The notes beneath the pieces were generated by a model. It was given only the letters and a program-made list of their open reading frames with translations. It had not been told where the DNA came from and made no database searches. DNA of 64,000 nt from a virus (lineage: Duplodnaviria > Caudoviricetes). The translations under genes were made by a program, and so were the position numbers. Shown one piece after another: positions 1 through 7,400 of the stretch; the stretch's first letter is position 1, and each line of letters starts with the position of its first letter. The stretch lies in IMG/VR virus record IMGVR_UViG_3300032272_000010, positions 5,733 through 69,732 of that record. One strand, given 5' to 3'.

Positions 1-193
1 CTGCAGGTGTCGTTGCAGCTGCAACGCTTCCAACGACACGGACAGCTCTGAAGATGTTCCAGCCTGCAACAGCAGCAGTGGTTGCAATGCGAACCTTACG
101 AGTCCCTTCCATATCAAGCTTGGTAGGTACAAAAGCTGCAAGGCGTTCTTCAATAAATTGTGCACGTAGTTCTTCTTGAGTTGAAATTTTCAT
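1..193 (-). CDS. Hypothetical protein, runs off the left window edge (MKISTQEELRAQFIEERL...)
   Basis: Hand-translated; ATG at 193, open to position 1; not in the ORF track. Confidence 0.6.
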   Translation of the reverse strand, partial: MKISTQEELRAQFIEERLAAFVPTKLDMEGTRKVRIATTAAVAGWNIFRAVRVVGSVAAATTPA

Positions 194-261
194 GTTTAGA
201 TTCTCTATATTAAGTTAAGTTTGTCGAAGGCTCTGATGTCCTTCATATAAGATACCCTTAT

Positions 262-705
262 TTACGCGTTTCTGTAGGCGGTCAAAGTCGCACTCGCACG
301 ATCCATATGAGTCCCTGAGTGTGCTCCGAAGGCCTTACGGACACGCCAAGAGACTGCTTTCTGGAAGGCAATGCGATCTTCTTCGTTACCCTCTAAGGGG
401 TATACCGTGGTGTCCCCAGCCTCCATTGCGAGCAGCTCAGAGAAGTCAAACTCAGACCAATCGTAACGTTTAGGGCTGCTTCGGCGGACTTCTCCTGGAG
501 CGCGTTGAGGCGTTCTTGGCACAAACACATATGTAGGCTCCTTAGCAACATCTAGTACTGAGGGAGAGGCAGTGCCTTCACTGTCAGGGTGGTAGTACAC
601 TGTTGAGCCATCACTCAAGACGAGCATAGCATGTCTAACGCCTGAACGCTCCAAGAAGTCTTCTAGTGAGATATCGATATTTACTCTGAGGTTGTTACTG
701 ATCAT
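262..705 (-). CDS. Hypothetical protein
   Basis: 147-aa ORF on the coding strand, tightly packed; no motif recognised. Confidence 0.6.
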   Translation of the reverse strand: MISNNLRVNIDISLEDFLERSGVRHAMLVLSDGSTVYYHPDSEGTASPSVLDVAKEPTYVFVPRTPQRAPGEVRRSSPKRYDWSEFDFSELLAMEAGDTTVYPLEGNEEDRIAFQKAVSWRVRKAFGAHSGTHMDRASATLTAYRNA

Positions 706-910
706 TTGGCATATCCTTGATTGAGGTGGTGAGTATGATTAATATTAGAAAGGCTAAGAAGCCTATAACAGGTTTCAAAGGCAGGTACGTGACCGCCAAA
801 GCCCCTAGGACGTACCCAAGGGTTACAAGTACTACGTAAATTTTCATGAAAGTCTCCTTATTGTGTTCTTTCATATAAGATACCGCTTTTTCCGCGTAAT
901 AAAGCCCCAT
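695..910 (-). CDS. Small two-TM membrane protein (true start probably downstream, at MKEHN or MKIYV)
   Basis: Two hydrophobic stretches; the annotated start overlaps a terminator hairpin. Confidence 0.55.
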   Translation of the reverse strand: MGLYYAEKAVSYMKEHNKETFMKIYVVLVTLGYVLGALAVTYLPLKPVIGFLAFLILIILTTSIKDMPNDQ

Positions 911-927
911 CCGTTAGGACAGGGCTT
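894..927 (-). terminator. Intrinsic terminator
   Basis: Minus strand AGCCCTGTCC-TAAC-GGATGGGGCT followed by TTATTACGC, right after the 934..1365 stop. Confidence 0.65.
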
Positions 928-933
928 CTAGCC

Positions 934-1365
934 TTACTCGGCCATACTTTTCAGCTCATCTTCAATGGCCTTTAGATCTTCAACAGCAACGTTCCAGTCA
1001 CCACTCTCATTACGCTCCTTGACATACTCAACAACCTTTTCCTTGGCGTATGCCTCGACAAAGGCGACTGTCTCAGCGGACAGCTGTTTACCCTGAACTT
1101 TTGTCAAGCCAGGTATAAGCACCATCTTCAGGAAGGTGTCGAACATGATCGCCTTCTCATTCCCAAAGCCGTGAGCTGGAATTAACCGCTCAAGACGCGT
1201 GGCGGCTGTCAACGACATCTCTACAATCAGAGGTCCATGTGTATCCAGCACATCCGCAGCTTCCGTGAAGAAGGCCTCGCTCTTATCGAAGGCTTCTCTA
1301 AAAAAGTCACGTGCATCTCTAACAGCCCCTGTCAATGTTGCTGCAATCTTCTTAATAACACTCAT
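934..1365 (-). CDS. Hypothetical protein at the end of the lysis cassette
   Basis: 143-aa ORF, helical and charged. Confidence 0.6.
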   Translation of the reverse strand: MSVIKKIAATLTGAVRDARDFFREAFDKSEAFFTEAADVLDTHGPLIVEMSLTAATRLERLIPAHGFGNEKAIMFDTFLKMVLIPGLTKVQGKQLSAETVAFVEAYAKEKVVEYVKERNESGDWNVAVEDLKAIEDELKSMAE

Positions 1366-1368
1366 ATT

Positions 1369-1539
1369 TTAAATCTCTTTTTCAATTTCACATTTAATGC
1401 CAGCAACAGTACACCAACCTTTGCCAGCGCACACTTCTAGCGGTTTCTCCTCATCTTCATCTGCAACCATGATGAACCCACAGGAGGTATGGGCACAGCC
1501 TTGCAAGCTAAGTATCAGTATCAGAGAAGCCAGCCTCAT
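1369..1539 (-). CDS. Small lipoprotein, o-spanin-like candidate (56 aa, missing from the ORF track)
   Basis: MRLASLILILSLQG/CAHTSC...: hydrophobic signal, lipobox LQGC, GAGGA RBS upstream, four further Cys; overlaps the 3' end of 1508..1852. Confidence 0.65.
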   Translation of the reverse strand: MRLASLILILSLQGCAHTSCGFIMVADEDEEKPLEVCAGKGWCTVAGIKCEIEKEI

Positions 1540-1852
1540 GGCAAGTCCTCAAACTGTTGTATTCCCATCGCACTCCCAGACCGCCAACAACCACACTTGC
1601 TAGGAGGCCAATAGTCCCAGCATCCAATGGCAAATCCAAACCCGCAGCAGCCGCTAAGCTCACAACGACAGCCAGAAGAGCTGCGACTCGCTTAGTGAGA
1701 CGTTCTTCTCGAAGCACACGCTCCCTGTCGGCTGGCTCTAGTGACTTCCCTCGCTTCAACACGGAGTCTTTAGGGAGCCGCTTCGCAATAGCCTTGTTCA
1801 TCTTTTTAAAACCTAAAAAGGTTTTTACAGTATTAAACACGGTAACCTCCAT
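1508..1852 (-). CDS. Two-TM membrane protein, holin-like
   Basis: Basic N-terminus then two hydrophobic helices; lies in the lysis cassette. Confidence 0.5.
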   Translation of the reverse strand: MEVTVFNTVKTFLGFKKMNKAIAKRLPKDSVLKRGKSLEPADRERVLREERLTKRVAALLAVVVSLAAAAGLDLPLDAGTIGLLASVVVGGLGVRWEYNSLRTCHEAGFSDTDT

Positions 1853-2450
1853 AACTTTTGATTAGACAACGAGCAATACTCGCTGCTTTTAGTTCCAACT
1901 TGGTCTTCTCAATAGATGAAAAGCCCTCTTCATTCATTGTGGCGAAAGATATATAGTACAGGCAATTATCCTTCATCGTCAAGTAAAATATCACAGACTC
2001 TGTAACACCTTCCATAGCATAATAGTCTTTCAAGTGACTGTCCTGAAGGTTGCCCACAATAAGGTCTGAACGACCGTCACGAATGGTATCATTCAGCATG
2101 CTTATGTAGTGAGCATCCACAGAGAGCTCCTTGTAATCCGTTTGCGCTAGAACACCCTCTCCATACACAGAGTGTATTGCCGTGGTGTAGAAAGGTGAAC
2201 CGAGCCTTGGAACACCTCCAGAGTTGTGGCCTGCAAATAGGATTACACGTGAACAGGTTGTCGTCGCTACTACGTCCTGCATCATCACGTACGCTTTAGA
2301 TATCAACGAGAGTTCTTTATCGAGGCTCACCTTCTGCGTCAGACGCATGTAGATCTTTTCGACAAATTTCAATGCTGCTATAAATGTCCCTGAAGTTGCT
2401 AGTGCTACTAAGATTGTCACCATGAATTCTGGCTTCAAAATATCTAACAT
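1833..2450 (-). CDS. Single N-terminal TM plus GAF-like soluble domain; holin candidate of T4 T-like architecture
   Basis: TM FMVTILVALATSGTFIAALKF, then an alpha/beta domain; directly downstream of the endolysin. Confidence 0.4.
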   Translation of the reverse strand: MLDILKPEFMVTILVALATSGTFIAALKFVEKIYMRLTQKVSLDKELSLISKAYVMMQDVVATTTCSRVILFAGHNSGGVPRLGSPFYTTAIHSVYGEGVLAQTDYKELSVDAHYISMLNDTIRDGRSDLIVGNLQDSHLKDYYAMEGVTESVIFYLTMKDNCLYYISFATMNEEGFSSIEKTKLELKAASIARCLIKSYGGYRV

Positions 2451-2459
2451 TTTTGTTCC

Positions 2460-2954
2460 TTATGCACCTCCGTATCTGTGTGCATTGTCAATGAATTGTT
2501 GAGGGGTTCCATGACCAGCACTTGTGTTATAGTAGCGCTTCCAATAGTTCGCAAGACCTCTCAGGTCGTCTGCTCTAGGTAGCGCCTCAGGGACACGTAA
2601 GTAGTGGACACGGCACATAGCTGCAGCGTAGTAGAGGTTTCCGGCGAGTTCAAGATAATTGTCGTCGTCGTAAAGCCCTTCTAGCTCAAACTGGCGTACA
2701 GCAGTTGCAATACCTGGTCTGTGTCTCAAGTAGTTCACCCAAATATCATCATGGGTGGCTTTCTCCATTTGAAACAAACCTAAGGCCATTGAACTGCCTC
2801 TGCCGATTCCTTCCATGCCTAACTGTCGCAGGTACTCTAAGTGCGATTCCTGGCATGCTGTGTATAAGACTAGTTTCTCTGAGGCTTCAGTCCAGCGCCC
2901 TAGCATTTCTAGTGTTGGTCGGATGACCGTAATTAATAAGTGTTGTGCGTCCAT
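2460..2954 (-). CDS. Endolysin, lysozyme/transglycosylase-like fold
   Basis: CQES (catalytic Glu), ALGLFQME, YAAAMCRVHY and YWKRYYNT motifs typical of phage lysozyme-like proteins. Confidence 0.75.
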   Translation of the reverse strand: MDAQHLLITVIRPTLEMLGRWTEASEKLVLYTACQESHLEYLRQLGMEGIGRGSSMALGLFQMEKATHDDIWVNYLRHRPGIATAVRQFELEGLYDDDNYLELAGNLYYAAAMCRVHYLRVPEALPRADDLRGLANYWKRYYNTSAGHGTPQQFIDNAHRYGGA

Positions 2955-2984
2955 AACGGCCTCAAGATTTATGACAGTTTAGAT

Positions 2985-3015
2985 GGGAGGGGTTTCCCCT
3001 AATACCCCCTCCCCC
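2985..3015. other. G-rich hairpin element, copy 1
   Basis: GGGAGGGG-N13-CCCCTCCC; the minus strand reads GGGGGAGGGGGTATTAGGGGAAACCCCTCCC. Confidence 0.55.
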
Positions 3016-3076
3016 TACGAGGGATTTCCACAACCCGACTGAGTCTCTTTAGGGTAATATAGGGGGGCGGCGGAGG

Positions 3077-3092
3077 TCATTAATTTAACGGG
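3077..3092 (-). promoter_or_regulatory. Putative phage RNAP promoter, copy upstream of the lysis cassette
   Basis: CCCGTTAAATTAATGA; matches the motif at 24463, 38227 and 51926 over its first 13 nt. Confidence 0.55.
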
Positions 3093-3334
3093 TCTAGTCA
3101 GGTGACAATAGTGCTCGCTTAACAGTCAGCTCAGCGGCAAATCTTTGACTTCAGCCCTTTCCCAATTTACGAGGACTCAATGGCTCTCGGTGGGGTTTTT
3201 CGCGATATCAAATAGTCAAACTCCAGAGCCCCACTGCGGGACGCAAAACTGCCCCATGGCTACTGGGTAGACCACCCCCTCGAATACCCACCACCAACGC
3301 CTCTGAGCAGGTGGTGTGGCGTTCCCGCGATTTT

Positions 3335-3850
3335 CTAGGCTAAGACTTTCACGACCTCAGCTGACTCAATCAGCATTTCCCTCTTGAATTCCAAGTACTC
3401 TTGCTCGGATTTTATTAAGAGAAGATCCTCTATATCAGCCAGCTTAGCGTCCTCCTGCATCCTGTGTACATTCAGCCACACAGAATCTTCCAGGAAGAAC
3501 ACCAGTCGCCTTATACCCTTCTTCGACCTAAACACATGAGGTGCTTTAACTTGCTCCATCTTACCGTCGTTTGTCCATATCACTAACTCCCCTTGAAGAA
3601 GGACGCATACATGGTCTGTTTTGTGAAGGGCACCTGCGGTGATCGTACGTGCTTTATAAGAACGCTCACGAGTGTACAGACCGCCATGGAGCTCTTCTTC
3701 GTAAGGACTTTCGTCAGTATACCTTCCAAACTTCTCAAGCACTGCCACCCTGTTGTCCAAAGGAGCATCACCTAAGAGGAAGGTCATCGAAGGCTTGTCA
3801 CTACGAATCTCGCTAAGCTTCTTCATCTCATAGCCCTTTGTAGAAAGCAT
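3335..3850 (-). CDS. Cupin-fold phage protein
   Basis: GGLYTRE...GALHKTDHVCVLLQGEL...APHVFRSKKG...DSVWLNVH cupin-like pattern. Confidence 0.6.
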   Translation of the reverse strand: MLSTKGYEMKKLSEIRSDKPSMTFLLGDAPLDNRVAVLEKFGRYTDESPYEEELHGGLYTRERSYKARTITAGALHKTDHVCVLLQGELVIWTNDGKMEQVKAPHVFRSKKGIRRLVFFLEDSVWLNVHRMQEDAKLADIEDLLLIKSEQEYLEFKREMLIESAEVVKVLA

Positions 3851-4094
3851 TACGGGCCGCTACAAATTGTGCAGCAAAGGCGGAAAAATTCGGTGCAGCC
3901 ATAGGCAGGTTTACACCATTGCTAAAAGCTATCACTGTGGCTGTTTCACCAAACTCAAAGGCGGCTCTGACCTGTAATAGCGCCAGAGCATCCTCAGCGT
4001 GCAAAGGGATATCCTTTCCCTGATACACGAAGCCTTTCGTCTTGCCTTGCTTCCTTTTAAGCTCGGATGACCCTACATTTTTAAGTTGCGTCAT
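3828..4094 (-). CDS. Tail fibre assembly/chaperone-like protein
   Basis: Position after the tail tip genes; FSNG...F..F...F...RNAF pattern resembles DUF4376-like proteins. Confidence 0.4.
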   Translation of the reverse strand: MTQLKNVGSSELKRKQGKTKGFVYQGKDIPLHAEDALALLQVRAAFEFGETATVIAFSNGVNLPMAAPNFSAFAAQFVAARNAFYKGL

Positions 4095-4476
4095 TTACTG
4101 TCACCTCTATTGTGGCAGGTTTATATGGGAAGTTTTCGAACGTCAAAGTGAAAGTGCCAGTGACATCTGATTCGAAATCAAGTGAGCCATCATCGACCGT
4201 GACTGCATTGCCGTCCTGCGAGACAAGGGTGCCTACAGGAATGTTGGCGATGGTTATTGCCTGATCTACGACAGTCGTCAATGACGTAGGTTGAAGATCG
4301 AAAGACGGCCGATCCTCGTACGCTGTGCCATTGTGGTAGTGAGTAGAGTCGCAGACTGGAGCAACTGAGACCTCTACCGTTTGCCCTGGGCTCGCTTGGA
4401 GACTAATATCTCCCTCTGAGCAGACCCCCGTGCGTAGTATTTCTCCTTTTACATCTCTAACAACGTACGACTTCAT
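4081..4476 (-). CDS. Tail tip-associated protein
   Basis: Beta-rich 131 aa; overlaps the stop codon of the tail tip gene. Confidence 0.45.
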   Translation of the reverse strand: MKSYVVRDVKGEILRTGVCSEGDISLQASPGQTVEVSVAPVCDSTHYHNGTAYEDRPSFDLQPTSLTTVVDQAITIANIPVGTLVSQDGNAVTVDDGSLDFESDVTGTFTLTFENFPYKPATIEVTVNDAT

Positions 4477-7400
4477 TTCTTCATCTCCGTAACAGTTAAG
4501 CTGCGTCTATCCGCGTACATGGTGGAAAAGCCTGACTCCCCGATAATTTCTATGGTGTACGTGGTAGAGCCACTGCTGGGGATATCGCCTATGGCGGCGG
4601 TAACAGCTACTTCTTCGCCCGAATGCACCCTCATACCTTGCCCCGTAGTTTCCCATAGAGTGGTGGTACCGCGACGTATACGCAGACCGAATAACTCAAA
4701 CGAGCCTGTGGGGTTACGTACGATGATACTGGCCACTACGTTCGCAGGTGCCCCAGTGCTAGTGTATGTAATAGTTTGGGCAACCACCCATGTTGTGGTG
4801 GTAGAGAACCCCACTGACCCTGAAGAATAGGCGGAACTTGGAATAGTTACGGCCTGGCTAGCGAGATATAAAGTATCTACCGCTAGGCTGCTCATGTAAG
4901 TGCTAATATTGGCGGCAGTTATCTTGTTGTTACTGCCAACAACATCCCCGTTGATATCCACCCAAGCGGAACCGCTCCAACGATACGTGTTGTAGTTGTC
5001 GTCAGCATCCAGCCACAGATCACCTGTAGCATTTGCCGTAGGGGCGCTGTTCTGAACAAAAGTAGACACCCGCCCATCGGCAGTAGCCTGAGCACCTGCA
5101 GCAGCTGAAATAGCAGCAGCCACGTCACTATCCTGTGACAGCACCCACGCCGAACCATTATAACGGTACGTCTTATCATCATCTGAGTCTATCCAGAAGT
5201 CGCCTGTGTTAGCCGACCCTGGCGCTGAAGCTTGGTAGTACGTCTCTATGATGTTAGACGGAATGTTGACAATCTTGGTCCAGTCAGCGTAGTCCTGTGA
5301 GTAGGCAATCCAAGAGGCTCCATCCCAACGGTATAGCTTGTTGCTGTCATCAGTGTCCATCCATAAATCACCGACACCCTCAGCTGTGGGCGCTGTGGCT
5401 TGTACAAAGGTTGTGGCCTTTCCATCAGCTACGCCTTCAGCTGTTGCAGCATCTAAGATAGCTTGCGTTGCATCAGCCTGGGCCGCTGTTATAGAGCTAT
5501 CTTGGATGTCTACCCAAGAGCTGCCATCATAACGGTACTGTTTGTTGCCTGCATCAGTGTCTATCCAGATATCTCCTGAAGACATTCCAGCTGAAGGTTC
5601 AGCTGTCTGATAGAAGGACTGTATCTTGCCGTCTGCGGTCGACTGTGCATTGCTTGCATCAGACAGAGCTGTGGCGATACGCCCATCATCTACGGCAACC
5701 CATGAAGAACCATTATAACGGTATAGCTTATTGCCATCGTCAGTGTCTATCCATATATCCCCTAAAGATCCTGTAGGTTGGCTCGCCTGAGCAAATGTGA
5801 GAACCTTGCTGTCAGCGGTCCCTTGGGCTGTCGCCGCGTCACTCAACGCTTGCTGAATGTCAGTATCCTGCACTAGTTCCCACACACTGCCGCTGTATCT
5901 GTAATACTTATCGTCATCAGTATCAATCCAGAAGTCACCTAGAGAAGGAGAACCTGGCGCTGCAGCTTGATAGTAGGTTGTAGTCAAGCCTGACGGTTTG
6001 TTGAGAACATTAGTATCCCAGTCAGCCCCAACAGTTGCATTGTCAGCCGGACGTGTACCACCACCATCAACGATAGCATCCCAGTCCATGCCAGAGCCAG
6101 AGGCCATAATGATGTTGTCCGCAGCATCTACCACTTGCAAACCCTTCATCTTGACAATACCTGTGTCAGAGTCGAACTGCAAATAACCTCCTGCATCTCC
6201 TAGGTGTAGACGAGTATAGACGTCTCCAGGTACGTTACTGGCTTCTAAGTAGAAACCATGATCTGTATCTGCCATGCTAGTCTTCAGAGGTGTCCTTATG
6301 ACACCCACACCACCGTTAGTACCAAGCGTCAAATTGCTCTGAACTTTTAAAGCATTAGTGAGCACTGTATCAGCCGCAAGAGCATCCGCTGAAAGAGTAC
6401 CGTTCACGACTAGGGAACCGTCGATGACCTCCACAACAAGCGAACTGAAGTTAGCACTAGAGACCGTCAGAGAGCTATTTGTAGCTGCACCTGTGTAAAC
6501 ACGTGTACCTGCCAACTCAGCTGAAGCATCTGCGACTGTTACTAAATCATTCGGCCTTATATAACCATCAGCACTCTCAGCTATTACTTGGGCTGCTACA
6601 CCCTGAGCAGCAGAGGTGTCGATAGTACCTGTGTAAGCAGTAGCATTGGCGGCAGTTATGTAGGCACTAGCATCTTCTTCAAAAGTGAATTTACCACTCC
6701 CTCTGACACCTGCTACACCGCTGAGTCCAGATGAGACTTTTGTGAGACTTATGTAGTAGTCACCTAATGTCAAGCCTGTCGTGTTGTCAATCACTTCTAC
6801 AGTTATGTAACCGGTTGAAGTACTGCCACTCATCAGAGCTGAGCCTGAAGATATGGTGATTTGACCACCTGCATCAATAATTGGCGTGACGTTGCTAGAG
6901 TTCACAACACCGTAGCGATAGCTGTCGGCACTGTACGGCACTGTGTCATCGTAAGTCAGTACGTCTGTACCTCTATACACTGTAAAGTCGTTAGAGAACT
7001 CAGAAGCGTCAGCCGCCCCAGTTTCATCTGCAAAGAAGGTATGGTTAGAGTTGCCTTCAGTTATTGTTACACCTGAAGTTCCATCAATGCCGTCAGAAGA
7101 GTACACAGCAGGCGCACTCCACACTAGAGTATTGACGTTGAGGCCGTACTGACCCTTGCCAATAGCACCTGCCTTGCTTATGTAAAGCAGACTACCACCT
7201 GTAGCCGGAGGGTCTACAAACCAGCCAGAAGGTGGTGACAAAGGCCCTTCAGGGAAGGTGTAAGAGCCTCCTGAAGGTGTGGAAGGCACACTGTCAGCTC
7301 TTGCAAAAACCACTAAGTCCTTGAAGCTGTTCTCAGGATTGTCTAGGACAAGAGGTGACCAGCTTGTCACTGCTACAGTTGTTTCTACACGAGTTCCCCT

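Noticed and set aside
1508-1852. i-spanin (Rz) call based on overlap with the lipoprotein
   Set aside because: The TM segments are C-terminal and paired, with no periplasmic coiled coil, so the topology is wrong.
2955-3334. tRNA or other known ncRNA in the intergenic regions (also 37582-38369 and 51942-52105)
   Set aside because: No cloverleaf or T-loop GTTCRA context found by eye; a covariance search is needed to exclude other RNAs.
4473-5985. Diversity-generating retroelement acting on the tail tip
   Set aside because: No reverse transcriptase in the window and no template/variable repeat pair differing only at adenines; the repeats are protein-level.
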